The notes: generated from the sequence alone by a model not told the origin. Counted from the stretch's first letter, positions 26,374 to 40,374 are shown. The stretch is DNA of 64,000 nt from Octopus vulgaris (GCA_951406725.2 OX597823.1:88102001-88166000), one strand, 5' to 3'. A program made the numbers and translations.

Positions 26374-27451
26374 TATTGTACGATGGGATGGTGCCTTCCT
26401 CTCAGATCGCTCCTTCCAAGTCCAAGTTAATGGTTCGCGGTCCGACGTCTCCAGTGCGAGCAGTGGCGTGCCTCAAGGTTCAGTGCTTGGGCCCTTATTG
26501 TTCGTGGTCTTCATAAATGACTTGCCCGACGACCTCACGCAACACACCCTTCTATTTGCCGACGATGTCAAACTGGTCGCTCCTCGCGGTGATATAGAGG
26601 ATCTTCGTCGATGCCTCCACCAAATTTGGAGATGGTCTAACGAATGGGACCTGTGTCTGAACGTGTCAAAGTGCTGTCATCTGCCTGTTGGCTCTCCTCC
26701 TGCAACTCAACTTGATTTCGAGCCGGGTCGGCTGCTGCTGGAGAGGACCGATCAGGTAAAGGACCTGGGTATCTTGGTGGATTCCTCCTTTTCGCCTTCG
26801 GCCCAGTGCGTCCATGCTGCCAACAAAGCACGCGGAGTTCTGTTCATGATTCGACGGTCATTCGGAATGCCCACAGCAGCCATATTCCTACCGCTCTATG
26901 TCACGCTGGTGAGACCCATATTGGAGTACGGGATTCAAGCCTCTTCTCCTTATATCCTCAAAGACATACAGCATCTCGAAAGAGTCCAGAAGCTGGCTAC
27001 CCGCAATGTTCTTGGTCTCAAAAAATTGTCTTATGAAGAAAGGCTTAAGACGCTCGACCTTTATTCTCTAGAAAAACGACGACGCCGTAGAGATCTCATT
27101 CTTGCTCACAACATCATAAGCGGAAAGTGTAACCTCTCGAAAGAGCTGTTCTTCGCTCCTGCTCCAGAGCGTCGGCTGCGGGGTCCTTCCGAAAAGCTCT
27201 ATCTGCGACGATTTCATCTCAATCGAAGGAGAGGGGCTTTCTCCGTCCGGGTTGCGGATCCGTGGAATAAGCTGCCGGACTAGATGGGGAAGATGCCGAC
27301 GACCGCTCGGTTCAAAGTCTCCCTTGACCTCAAGTGTCCTGAACTCTTTACATGAACACCACACTGTACATAACTCCATGTCCCCCTACATGGCCTTGCT
27401 TTTTGCTTTTTGAGCCAAAAAATTAACTAACTAACTAACTAACTAACTAAC
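26374..27451 (+). mobile_element. 5'-truncated CR1/L2-group LINE: RT C-terminal half, 3' UTR and (TAAC)n tail
   Basis: GVPQGSVLGPLLF, FADD, KDLGI, VRPILEY, LERVQ and RRRRRDLI motifs in ORF 26348..27283. The frame continues past TAG 27281-27283 (MGKMPTTARFKVSLD..) to TGA 27353-27355. The ATG at 26348 lies in the host SINE. Confidence 0.95.
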
Positions 27452-29118
27452 TTGCTCGGACTTGAGCCTCGGAGTGACACTTTGTACATGCAATCCCCTT
27501 GTCATTCGTGACCGAAAGTGGTCTTTAACCTTTACCCGAGCTTACGAATCTTTTTTTCTGAGGATTCGATTTTAAAGCATATTATGTGTTGAAATACCCA
27601 TGCAAAATGTTAGTTTTGTTTTACTGCCCATATGAAGGGCGCCAGTGTAGCTTTACTTTCTCTGTAGTACCATATGGAGTCAAAACTATTTTAAAACACT
27701 ACACTAGTAATTCAATACTGATTATAGTTAAGAAGAGGAAAGGACTTTTAAAAATTGTGGGATACGTTTCTATTATATTAACCAATTTATGAAACACCGA
27801 AATTAATTTATGCTTACTTAATTACAATACAATATGAGTGCTATACAATATTATTGCTACACAATATAGGAAAATAATGATTTTCTACAAATTCCATATA
27901 ATATTCAATATATTATATAGTAGTGGGATTTTTAGAGTTATATCAACTCTGTTGAGGCAGACATCGATTAAGTGTGATTCAGCCTTGACCATCCTATGGT
28001 ATGTTCTATCTAGAGTGCTCTGTTTTTCTCATGATTAATAATAAAGAAAAAAATTCCAGGATATGAAGAGGATATCGTGACTGAAAGATCATTCGTAGTT
28101 GTGACCAAATATTTAATTATTACGGTTTACAAACAAGTGAGATAACGAAGTTCTTAAATTTCAAATCGTAGAAAAGAATAAAATTGTTGTGTAATTAGTA
28201 ACAAAAAAAAAAAAAAATGATTTTAATAATTGACTTGGTTGATTTCAGACGAAACGTTTATCAATAGGAGCCTTATACTTCCGAATATTACGGTTGCAAA
28301 TTTTTCCAGAATTATTCTCACACTTAGTATCTAACATAGCTTTAAAATTTTGTTACTTAATCCGCAACAGGATGTCAGTGGTTTTAATATTTCTCTCGGT
28401 AATTTATAGAAGAAATGAAACTAAAATAAAAAACAAATATTGAATGACTATTAGAAGCCTCTAAAGAAACATACCGAAGTAGCATTTGTTTGTATTCTCC
28501 ACAACTTTGTTTTCAAAATTAAAAATTAAAAACATATATTTTTTAAAGTGATTAAATATTTCCAAATATGCTTTTAAAACCTGTCAGAAATAATTTTACT
28601 TGCAATCGTATTTTATTATTAAAAGGTCATTTATATCTTGACAAAGAATTCGAAAAATTTTCCGTGTAATTTAAATTCGGAAATATTTCAATTAGAATTT
28701 TGGAAGTACACAAAGAATTATCATTAATATTATTCCATTAATATGAATAACGACGAAGAATATTCCAGAATTTCTAATCTGATCTTATTTCAATTTTGTC
28801 ATTCGCCTACACTATCCATCTTTCATATGAGACTTTTGCTCATTATCTTCGTTAGATCTGGACAAGCAGAAATTCTAATTATGTCAATGCTTAATAAATA
28901 ACTTATACGCTCTCCTAAATTTCATACATGACAGACTACGGCAATATTTTATGACTAATAAACACTTTGTTGAAGGTATAAGACAAGGTGGATGAGATGT
29001 TCGCTTCCTAACTCATTCGATGTCGATTACTTCAATGCAGATGCTCACGCGCGCGCACACACACAAAAACATACACACACCCATTACTATTCATTTTTAT
29101 TTCAAGCTATATATAATA

Positions 29119-29551
29119 GGCGCGTGAGTGGCTGCGTGGTAAGCATAGGCGCAGGAGTGGCTGTGTGTTCAGTAGCTTGCTTAGCAACCACATGGTTCCG
29201 GGTTCAGTCCTACTGCGTGACAAATTGGGCAAGTGTCTTCTGCTATAGCCTCGGGCCAACCAAAGTCTTGTGAGTGGATTTGGTAGACGGAAACTGAAAG
29301 AAGCCCGTCGTATATATGTATATGTATGTGTGTATATATGTTTGTGTGTCTGTTCCCCCAACATCGCCTGACAACCGACGCTTGTGTGTTTACGTCCCCG
29401 TAACTTAGCGGTTCGGCAAAAGAGACCGATAGAACAAGTACTAGGCTTACAATGAATAAGTCTTTGGGTCAATTTTCTCGACTACAGGCGTAGCTCCAAC
29501 AAGGCCACAGTCAAATGACTGAAAGAGTAAAATGTAAAAGAGTAAAGAGTA
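29119..29551 (+). mobile_element. SINE family A, full length with duplicated 5' head
   Basis: ggcgcgtgagtggctgcgtggtaag directly followed by ggcgcaggagtggctgtgtg; family A body and tail. Confidence 0.9.
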
Positions 29552-30019
29552 TAAAAGCAAATTAGAATTAATCTGAAGTATTACTCTATATTTTTTAGTT
29601 GAGTGCATATTTAATAAATTTTTATAAGAAGGTTGGCTGCGAGCGCAAAGTTTCGACTTGCTAACTTTTGTCAGACTGTGAGCGTGTTAATATATGTATG
29701 TATATATGTGTGCGTGTATGTGTACCTGTGAGTATGTGAATGTGTATTTATCTATCTATCTATCGTATATATATTCATATACACAAACACACACATGTAT
29801 ATAACATTTAAAGTCAACAAAGTTGAGTACATTTGGACTTAACACTGAGATGTGGAAACATCTGCGCTGCGCTGTCTCGGTAGAGAAATTCTTTTCAGAT
29901 GCAATGTCTCGATGAAAAGAATTTCTCTTCGCATTCATCTGCGCAGCGAATGCCTTTCCTCGTTTCGGTGTACATGAAACCGTTATGTAAACAAATTTAT
30001 TGTAATCACTACTGATTAG

Positions 30020-30700
30020 CGTTTCCCAAATTCCTGTTTAACAAAGCCTTGAAGAAGCCAGAAAAGAATTATTATTTGCTGGTTGGCGTATATCCTACCA
30101 GCAACGGAAGAATTTTGTTGGCTGTGAAATGGATATAGTATTTACCAACTTCTTAGCCACGTAGCCAAGACTGCGTTGGTTATGTGACAACAGCCACATT
30201 TCTCATGTCCTTTGGTTATAAAAAAATATCATTATATTGTATTGGATATGTCATAGATAAAAGCAATCAACCAGAACACCATTCGAAGGCATTACACTCT
30301 AATTGCATATTGCATAAATTATTACTTTAGTTCTCAGAATATATTGGCTGTGATAATATAAGATACATTTGTACCATAACGTATCCTGATTGACTGACAT
30401 TTGTCGGGAACAACATCTATGAGATTCGTATTCTGGAACAAATTTTTCCGGGTACAGTTCCATCCATCCCTGTACTGCTTCAGTGCTTATATAGTGATGA
30501 AAAAGTGAACAAAATGTCAACAGTTACGTCATAGCCTGTGTGTGTAACTTTGTTGCAATGTGTAACTGGGATCAAAGATCTTGTGCTTCTGGGTTTTTAT
30601 AAAAACGTGTCACATCACTTGCAAAAATCTCTGCCAACACAAGGCGTCTTTGATGGGGAAATTATTCTCCTAACAGTTTGGTATCAGGTAGGGAGCTAAA
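30020..30700 (+). pseudogene. Possible decayed Mutator/MULE-like transposase
   Basis: Frame-shifted peptides YSIYQLLSHVAKT / CVGYVTTATF and FVGNNIYEIRILEQIFPG are in the order of MULE motifs PLFFxxVKTNVGYxxxAxF and FMxDxxxxEIxxLxxxFP; weak similarity judged by eye. Confidence 0.35.
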
Positions 30701-31676
30701 CGAAATTCTGGTTCACTATGACCTCCCTGCATTTAAATATTTATTTTATCTAATGAAATAGTAATTCTCTAGGAGAAAGTCAAGAAGGTTACAATTCTTC
30801 GTGTGGCATATCCACGAAGGAAAGGCTCACTATATTTAGTTATAAAGAATACTTCTGTTTGATGTAAGTCTATAGCGAATAACACAGGGCAAAAGTTATT
30901 CAGTAGAGCTGTATCAGATTATGCGAGTTGGATTAGATTTCCCGATGAAGTATTGCACATCACACTACTTATATTACTCATGTAGACATGCATAAACGAC
31001 ACCGCGTCCTATATTTTCCTATCGTAAAATATTTTTAGTTGTTGACTTGCTATATGTACGAAACAAAATCACATCTTAGCTTACACATATTCTCTCCCTT
31101 TTTATTCGCTTATGCAATACTATTTACAACAACAACACCGACAACAATATAAAAGCAAGCCGCATACCAGCAGCGATAGAATAAAATATCAGTTATAAAG
31201 TATCAAAAGAAATAATCAATCCAAATATATGAAAATACAAAACCAACAAAGAATGATTTTCCCTTTGATAACATTTCCCAGTTATCTTTAAACAAACCTA
31301 TATGTTATTGTGTTTTCTGCCAAGCAAGTTTATTGATTTAGCTAATCGATAAAAACTAAAACAAAAATAATCAATACAATTTCTAAGAACTTTTATACCA
31401 TTTCATCTAGAAGATCACAGGTAATGTAACAATAGTTATCAAATATGATTTTAGCAAATAATTGATTTGAGATCAACTTGAAAACAATATAGTTCAGTTG
31501 ATTTTTCGTTAAATATAAATGAATTTAATGGACTAAAATTAACTTGAGATTATCGACGACTACTATATTACTTCCATTGATGTTATTGTTGTTGAGGAGT
31601 CCTAGTGACTTCTCATCGATATGACATCAAAATAACCAATCAAATTCTTCCTATAAAATCACTGATCTCGAATTCC

Positions 31677-32100
31677 GGATCTTTTCGGTTTGAACGGCAG
31701 TTTTTAGCATAATTTCTAGGTAACTAAAAAATGTTAAACTTCTTATACTGGTAGAATGTGTTTATAAAACATCTTTTTCTCTTGGCTTTATTGAGAAAAT
31801 TCTATAGTGAGTAAGATATTTGTTTTTTTTCTTCAATTTTTGCAATTTCAACCAATCAATGCCGTCCATTGAGGTAAACAACCTTCTGTGCCGTATGAAT
31901 ATGTCCCTCGTTTAAGAAACAAATTGGGTTTATTTACATTTGTGAAGGGAAAAAGATACCCTTCTCCCCACCCCTAACCCTAACTAACCCTAACCCTAAA
32001 ACAGATTGAAATGCAATAGATCGATACTAGGATCATAATTATGGGTGACAATTTCATATGATACCGCTACAAAAAACTGCCGTTCAAACCGAGAAGATCC
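31677..32100. mobile_element. 424-bp MITE-like element with about 29-bp TIRs and internal CCCTAA repeats
   Basis: Left GGATCTTtTCGGTTTGAACGGCAGTTTTT; right AAAAACTGCCGTTCAAACCGAgAAGATCC; ccctaaccctaactaaccctaaccctaa at about 31971-31998. Confidence 0.85.
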
Positions 32101-32604
32101 CCAGTGACTTCTCATCGATAGGTAGTATGACATCAAAGTAACCAATCAAATTCTTTCTGTAAAATCACCGATCTTGAATTCCTAACTAGCAATAGATTTG
32201 TAAGTTTGAGGTTTAGCTTATTGTCAATTTGAAACGTACCCTCTTCCGAGCAAGTTATCCAGTCATGACAATAATGTATCTTTTCGTCCTGCTTTGTTTA
32301 TCTGTAATCACGTTAGCCAAAGATTCATCACATGTTCAAAGCGTTGCAGGTAAAATTGAAGTATATTTGCAAATTTATCTCTTCACCCGCTCAAGTAACT
32401 TCCTCGCTTACTCAAGTACAAATATGTCAAATATTCTTGCGCACATGGAATTATTCTCTTATCAATACTTTGGAAATTATTGGGAAATGTATACACAATT
32501 GAAAAGTTTAAGAATTTGAAAATGTGTTCATTGTCTCTCAAAGTAAGGCAAGAAATTTTAGGGTTAGTGGAATAATCCATTAAGTATACCCCAGTAATTA
32601 ATTA

Positions 32605-32913
32605 TTGTTGTTGTTTGTTCCTTCTCGAGCCACACCTGGCTCATAAGGGCCGGTTTCCTGATTTCCTTGGCGTATACGTTCCCCACCTGGACAGGACGCC
32701 GGTCCATCGCAAGTGAGCTGCAAGATGCTGGAGGAAAGAGTGAGAGGAAGTTGTGGCTACAGAGTCAGCAAAAGTTCGCCATTACCTTCTGTCGGATCCG
32801 CGTGGAGCTTAGGTGTTACGTTCATAAACACACACATCGCCTGGTCTGAGATTCGAACCCACGATCCTTCGACCGCGAATCCGCTGCTCTAACCACTAAT
32901 TCACGTGCCTCCA
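32605..32913 (-). mobile_element. tRNA-derived SINE with V-domain-like core and (AAC)n tail
   Basis: Minus strand tggaggcacgtg..agtggttagagcagcgg..gggttcgaatctc; gcgatggaccggcgtcctgtccagg core; related to 14228-14484. Confidence 0.75.
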
Positions 32914-33295
32914 TCAGTAATTAATTAATACATTTTTTTTCCGACCTCAAAGCGATGAAAGGCAAAGTCAGCCCGAGTGAGATCTGGACTCATAACGAAA
33001 AGAGCCGGAAGAAATACCGCTAAGCATTTTGTCCAACATTTCTGTCAGCTTTCCACCTTCTCAAGTAAATAGAATATTAGTTATTGAGCAAATGCTACGA
33101 GTAATTGCAATTTGACATTTGAATGTTCTCAGATAACCGTATTAGATTTATTCTGGTGATGCTTCTTTATATGCTAAATGATCTAATCATTTCAAATCGG
33201 TATAAAATATTCGAGTCTTCCGAGTAAGCTTGAAGTAGCAAGATAATTTTACACTAAGTTATCGCTAGCATTTTTTGAGGTTAATATTTCTGGTA

Positions 33296-34502
33296 AGGCG
33301 GTAAGCTGGCAGACACGTTAGCAACCCGAGCTAAATGCGTAGCCATATTTCGTCTGCAGTTACGTTCTGATTTCAAATTTGCTTTTCATCCTTTCGGGGT
33401 CGATTAAAGTCGGCATAATCGACTTAATCCGTTTGTCTCTCCTTGTTTGTCCTCTCTGTGTTTAGCCCCTTGTGGGTAGTAAAGAAATAGGTATTTCGTC
33501 TGCCCTTACGTTCTGAGTTCAAATTCCTCCAAGGTCGACTTTGCCTTTCATACTTTCGGGGTCGATAAATTAAGTACCAGTTATGCTGTTGGGTCGATGT
33601 AATCAAGTTAATTTCTTTGTTTGCCCCCTCTATGTTTAGCCCCATGTGGGCAATAAAGAAATAAGAATCCACATTAATACCGTCGAGGTCGACTTTGCCT
33701 TTCATCCGTTCGGGGTTGATAAATTAAGGACGAGTTACGCACTGGGGTCGATATAATCGACTTAATCCGTTTGCCTGTCCTTGTTTGTCCTCTCTGTGTT
33801 TAGCCGCTTGTGGGTAGTAAAGAAATAGGTATTTCGTCTGCCGTTACGTTCTTAGTTAAAATTCCGCTGAGGGCGACTTTGCCTTTCATCTTTTCGTGGT
33901 CGATAAATTAATTACCAGTTACGCACTGGGGTCGATGTAATTGACTTAATCCCTGTATCTGTCTTTGATTGTCCCCTCCATGTTTAGCCCCTTGTAGGGC
34001 GGTGGGCTGGCGGAATCGTTAGCACGTTTGGGAAAATGACAAGTGGCATTTCTTCCGTCTTTCCGTCTTTGAGTTCAAATTCCGCCATGGTCAACATTGC
34101 TTTGCATAATTTCGAAGTTGATAAAATAAGATCCACTTGAGCACTGGGGTCAATATAATCGATATACACCTCCCCAGAAATTTCAGGCTTTGTGCCAACA
34201 TTTGAAACTAATATTCCTGGTAAGGTATGGAGCTGGCAGAATCGTTAGCACTTCGAGCAAAATTCTTAGCGGCATTTCGTCTGTCTCTGAGTTCAAAATC
34301 CGCCAAGACCAAATTTGCCTTTCATCATTTCGCCCCCTTTGAGTTCAAATTCCGTTTTGAGTTCTGAGCTCAAATTCTGCCGAGGTCTACTTTGCCTTTC
34401 ATGCTTTCGGGATTGATGAGATAAACAACACTGGAGCACTGGGGTCGATGTTATCGACTTAACTCCTGCCCAAAAGTTGCTGACATCGTGTCAAAATTTG
34501 AA
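33296..34502 (+). mobile_element. SINE family B array
   Basis: Multiple head-to-tail cores; junction aaagaaatag|gtatttcg at about 33490 and 33828. Confidence 0.88.
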
Positions 34503-34702
34503 GACATGTTAAACAAAAAGATCAACTTTATTTACAGTGTAAGTTCTAACACGAGAGAGAATTGCTAGCTATTTCAATCAGGTCCACAGACAGTACGAAT
34601 ATAATACTGGTTAACTTTGGAGATGCTAATAACTGAAATATGTTGAGATATGGTATGCCTTCATCACTGGCTGTCAAGCAATTTCTTTACTTCCAAGTAA
34701 CT

Positions 34703-35150
34703 TTCTACTATAGGCATAAGGCCTGAAATTTTTGGGGAGAGGATAAGTCGATTACATCGACCCCAGTGCTCAGCTGTCACAGAGGTCAGTTTATCGACCC
34801 GCAATGGATGAAAGGTAAAGTCAACCACGGTGAGATTTGAAATCAGAACGTAAAGATGAACGAAATGCCGTTAAGCATTTTGCTCATCGTGCTAACAACA
34901 ATTGTGCCAGCTCACTGCCTTAAAAATAATTTTAATCATACTTTCTACTACAGGAACAATACCTGAAATTTGGTGGAGGGTGATAGTCATGGACATCGGC
35001 CCCAGTACTCAGTTGGTATTTAATTTATCGACCCCCCAAAAGATGAAAGACAAAGCTGAGCTCGGCCGAATTTGAACTCAGAACGTAGCGGCAGACGAAA
35101 TACCTAAGCATTTCGCCCGGCGTGCTGACGTTTCTGCCAGCACGGTGCCT
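34703..35150 (-). mobile_element. Two SINE family B copies (second tail type)
   Basis: ctttctacta..ggcctgaaattt tails and Meta-like cores. Confidence 0.8.
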
Positions 35151-35910
35151 TGAAGATATCTTTAATACTGATAAAACAACTGGGTTTTGAGCACAATAGA
35201 AAGATACCCCGATCAAGGAAATACTGTTGTGCAATAGATAAGCGCAGTGGAAATGAAGCTGAAATCTTTTATCCATTTAAATTGACATGGACGTTAACTG
35301 ATTTTCAAAAATTTTGACACCTTTAAAATCAATTTCTCCGCCATTATATTACAGACAAAATTTAATTTACAGAGCTATTAATTATAGATCTGGGAAATGT
35401 AAAATTCTGAAACTTCAATTGTTGGTTTCTTAACTATTTAGAAGCAGATTATATTGTTGTTGTTATTTTAATCGATAATATTCGTTTTTAGTAAAGATCT
35501 ATATTGATTGAAAACTGTAAGAGAGAACATTAATGAAATATGTTGCATATATTGAAAATATTATATGCTGTATAACAGTAGCATGAAGAAAAATATTCAA
35601 GTAAACATTTAAAAAGTTAAACAAGTATAGAAGCATATAATAACGAGCAGGCATATCTACACGCACGTACACACACACAAACACACATACGCGTTTCTAT
35701 CCCGACGGGGTAGAAATATGGAAAAAAGTAGTTGGAAAGTCACTAGGATTCTAGTAGATGGTGTATTTTAAAGGCTTAACCGGTTTCACAGATTTTTCAG
35801 ACTGTAAAAACAGCCAAACCGTTGAAAACAAACCTTCTAAACGACTCTCAATACAATTTCAACTTTTTTTCTATGTATCTACTCACGTGGAATAAAATAA
35901 CGTCCGTATT

Positions 35911-35943
<33 letters not shown>

Positions 35944-35945
35944 TA

Positions 35946-36612
35946 TAATGGCTGCCCCTTCGTTATCGAGTATGGCCATTGCACGAAGCTTAACTGTTAT
36001 TGGTGCTGAGATCGAATGTGACTTTTATTTGCTTTTTAAGGCTACAGCCAGCCATTCAGTTGAGACTCACAGCACTATCAACAATCATGGACAATGTTGC
36101 TATCGTGCAATGCCTGTGCAAGAAGATTTTTTTTTTAAGTGAGGAAAGGCTGTGCACTGAGTCAATCCCACTCACTAAGCAACAGCAGCCATAATCCGAA
36201 AAGAAGAACAAGTCAACATCATCGGTAACCACTGAGCCGCAGGTTTTATGTCGGAGTTATCCCAGTTACCTGATTTACCTTCTCCTAGAAGGATGCCCTA
36301 ACAAAGGCTAGGAGTCCTTCACTCCCAATGGTTTAACCGCGCGATCGGGTATTCAGTCCGATTATTTCTATGTCCCCGCGCATGATTCAGCCTTAAGCCT
36401 TAAAAGAAAAAATACACATTTATTGGATGGCCGTTGACTGTCAAGAGTTCCTCCGCCCTTTGACGGATTTTGTTTTTCATGCCGCAGGGTGTCCAATAAA
36501 CACCCTCCTCACCAAGCAAGCTTGGTGGGGTTGCCGGCTTAGAAGCCGACGGCCCGACTATGCAACAGGTTGTACTGGGTTACATGTTACCAGTAGCACA
36601 CGAAAGTGACCT

Positions 36613-36615
<3 letters not shown>
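35946..36615 (-). mobile_element. RTE-related non-autonomous retroelement inserted in (TA)n
   Basis: GC-richer island between TA tracts; ccttctcctagaaggatgccctaacaaaggctag motif like RTE 5' regions; minus-strand end cgataacgaaggggcagccat followed by TA; no long ORF. Confidence 0.5.
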
Positions 36616-36650
<35 letters not shown>

Positions 36651-36652
36651 TA

Positions 36653-36694
<42 letters not shown>

Positions 36695-36700
36695 TATAAT

Positions 36701-36740
<40 letters not shown>

Positions 36741-38351
36741 TATAATTACATATATATGTGTGTGTGTGTGTGTGGCATACATATATGTATATTATTTGTC
36801 CTCAACATGAGGACAAATATCCATCAAATGCAAATAATGCAAATAATGTACATAATTCCTCATCTCGTAAATATAGCACTATGTAAGTTAATACGTCTAC
36901 TTGCTGACAATGTTCTCAAAAAGTATGACTTTGCTTCAATACTGAGCTCTCATTTCAAATTCCGACCAGATTATCTCTTCCTTAATCTTTACTGCATTGA
37001 GAATTAAAGTACCTATCCGAAATCGAAACGACTTGCAAATCTGTCACCTAATTTATCATTACTATCTAATCCTCGGCTGTTTTTAACAGAGCTCAATCAT
37101 TTACAAGAGACAAGTGAGAAGTTTGAGCATAATTTCCACCCACCTCTCTTGTGCATAGATGTTCTTCACCGGTCTTCCCGCCCAACTAAACGTTAAAAAG
37201 AAAGAAAATGAATGGTTTTATTGACTTGAAGACTATGATATCGTTACAGTTTTGTCTCTTAAATAACAGAAGAGAAGTTTAAAAATGTTATAAAATATTG
37301 CTTATTAGGAGAATAGGGTTGAAGAAAAGTATAACTGATAATAGACAAGGAATGTACGAGTAAGGGAACTCTTGGGAGAGTCAAACAAAAGAGATGTGGA
37401 AAAAAAACGGAAAAAATACAATAATATATTTTAAAATAACTGTTGATGAAAGAAATATCAGATATTTCTTTCAGTGGTTTAGAAACATAATATAATTTCA
37501 TAGATATTCTGTATAGAAAGGAAAACAAGACACTTTATACACACACACACACACATATGCACAACAAACACATTCTCTATTTCTCACATATATATGTCTG
37601 CGTGTCCGTGTGTGTCAAATGCTTTAAAAATGTCGAAAATAGAAAAAACATTCTTCACACATCTAATGATATCATTATAACTTAGAACAGCTCTTGAGTG
37701 TTCGATACCTTGCGTTTGAGACCGATTTTAATGCCATTGAAGTAAGGGCTGTCTTTATTTTATACTTTCACTACATTTTTTGCATAAATCATGTAAGTAT
37801 TGTTACACTATCACTTCCATCTTCGAGGGATAAATCTGAGATAAAAAAGCTCTGAATATTTAAAGATAATGATTTCCTTCAGAAACAACAGAATTTAATT
37901 TCACCGAAAAACAATCCGCTTTCAAGCAAGACACGTATGCATCACTATTCACTATACAGTGCTGTTCTTCACTGCCCCTTCTGAGTTTATTCCTTGTCTT
38001 ACATACAAAACACTGCGAACGCTAAGAACTGTCATCAACTGTTTGTTAAATAACAAACTTTATATAAAACTCTTGCTCCCACCAACCTCTCCGATTATCA
38101 CAAGAATATTAACATACCATTAACGATCTGAGAATTTCTTTTATCATAACATTTTATGAATATTTCACATCTTTTATCACAAATTCTTTTTATATGTCTG
38201 TGTTTGATCGTCTTTCTCTACATATTTCTAGAAAGCGAAGTAAATATATTCAAAGAGTAAATAACCTCCATCTTCTCTCTCTCTCTCCTTCTTTCTAAAG
38301 TGCCATCTCTTTACTAAAGACTCGCTTGATTTTTCCGTTCATATTTTGGTG

Positions 38352-38510
38352 GAGGCATGACTATCTAGTTAAGAAGATCACTTTCTAATCGCCTGGTTTC
38401 GTGTTCAATCCCACTACGTGATACCTTGCTAAAGTGCCTTCTACTAACGCTTCGAGCCGATTAAGGTCCTATTTGAGAATTCGACATACTGGAGGTTTAT
38501 ACAAGACCGT

Positions 38511-38563
<53 letters not shown>

Positions 38564-38810
38564 ATCCTGAAGCATTGTAGTCCAGTAGATCAACAAATGA
38601 AATGAGCAAAGCTTCTAACAATGCAGGGATGAGAGGTGAAATACTTTCATATATTTTGGGTGCAAAAGCTCAGCTTCATTTTGGCATCCCTACGTAGACC
38701 CGCATATAACTCAGAGTACCGGGATCGGTTTCTTCAACTAAACCCCTTCAAGTCGGTACCACAAAACAGCCGCAGTCTAACGGCTGAAACAAGTAATAGA
38801 CAAAGGGTAA
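38352..38810 (+). mobile_element. Old SINE family A copy interrupted after its central (TA)n
   Basis: Degenerate head at 38352-38515 and degenerate tail at about 38700-38810. Confidence 0.55.
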
Positions 38811-39992
38811 CTGTCTTTTTATTATTCAATGATTACATTTTCCTCTCAACAATAACAAATTTCAAAGTTTTAAACGTTCCCCTATACAACTCATTACAAA
38901 ACTGGTTGCGGCAAATATTTCCCCTTCATCAAGTTCCGTCTGAGGTATTTACTTTTCTAATTCTCTGCCGCAACTTTTCATTCCTGTTTATTAAGTGATT
39001 CTAGTTCCATGTCTCTCATTTTTTTCTAATAAATCGAGAGGAAAATGCTTTATAAATATACAGGTACATTATCCGTACAAGCCACAAGCCACTCTGAGTT
39101 CTCTAACTAGCTGATTTATGATTATATATTATTTAACAAAGTATTCTAAATGATGTTATCTCTTGCTTTATCTACTTTGAGTCTCACAGCTGGAAAAATT
39201 ATTTTGTATCTCTTGAAGATTAAAATAAATAAAATCTTGCAACGAAAGCAACATGGTTTTATCGCCGGTAAAAACAAAGTGTCTAAACGGAGAGGAAAAC
39301 GGCATTCTTTTGTAAAATCATTAATAAACATGACATATATACAGAAGGTTTGACTTCAAGTCGCACAGGCATTATTAGAGAGTTTGTTTTTCTCTTCTAA
39401 GGGATTTTTATCTAATATTCTACATGTAGAATTTATAATTTATCTAATAGAGTTTCATATTTGAAACGGACCACTTACATCTTTCGAAGACTCTAACAAG
39501 AATATAAAAATTTCTTATGATTAAGCAATATATATATATATATATATATATGCACATGTGTGCCTGTGTGTGTGTCTATGTGTGTATATCATATACACAT
39601 ATATATATATATATATATATATGATGGACTCTTCCACCGAAGTCGACGTATGAAGGTTCAGCTTTTTGCTGAATAACCTGCGTAAATGATCTGTTTCTAG
39701 TAATCAAATGTTCGTGCCGGACGTTAAATCATTCTCTCCAGCAAATCGATGTTCCCTGAGCAGGTGTACAGTGTACCACATGTTACATGTCGAAGTGTTC
39801 GCAGAGCAACGTGAGGTGAATTGTTCTGCACAAGAACACAATGAACCACCCAGACTAGGAATTGAAATCATGATCTCGCGACTACTAGTCTCGAAAATAA
39901 CAAACTTTAACGTATACATACACGCATACATACATACACACATATATATATCTATGTGTATATATATATTTATATGTGTGTATGTATATATA

Positions 39993-40374
39993 TATTCTTT
40001 TATTCGTTTGCTCATTTCACTCATTTGTCTGCAGCCATGCTGGAGCACCGCCTTAAAGAGTGTTAGCCGAAGAAATCGACATCTAGACATCTATCGGTGT
40101 CTTTTGCTGAACCTCTAGTTTACGGGGACACTAACACACCATCGATTGTCTAGGGGTGGTGAAGAGGGAGACAGACACACACATACACAAATATATAGAT
40201 ATATAGATATACAACGGGCTTATTCTAGTTTCAGTCTTACAAATCTACTCACATGGCTTCGGTCGGCCCGAGGCTATATTAGAAGATAGTTGCCCAATGT
40301 GCCACGCCGTGGGACTGAACCCAGAACCATGTTGTTGGGAAGCAAGCGTCTTACCGCACAGCCATGCCTGTGCC
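39993..40374 (-). mobile_element. SINE family A
   Basis: Family A head and tail motifs. Confidence 0.85.

Noticed and set aside
31971-31998. Telomere or chromosome-fusion scar
   Set aside because: Only about four CCCTAA units, internal to a TIR element.
35280-35350. GEID / FLKI peptides as the upstream channel exon
   Set aside because: The motifs are in different frames, closed by stops and without splice sites.
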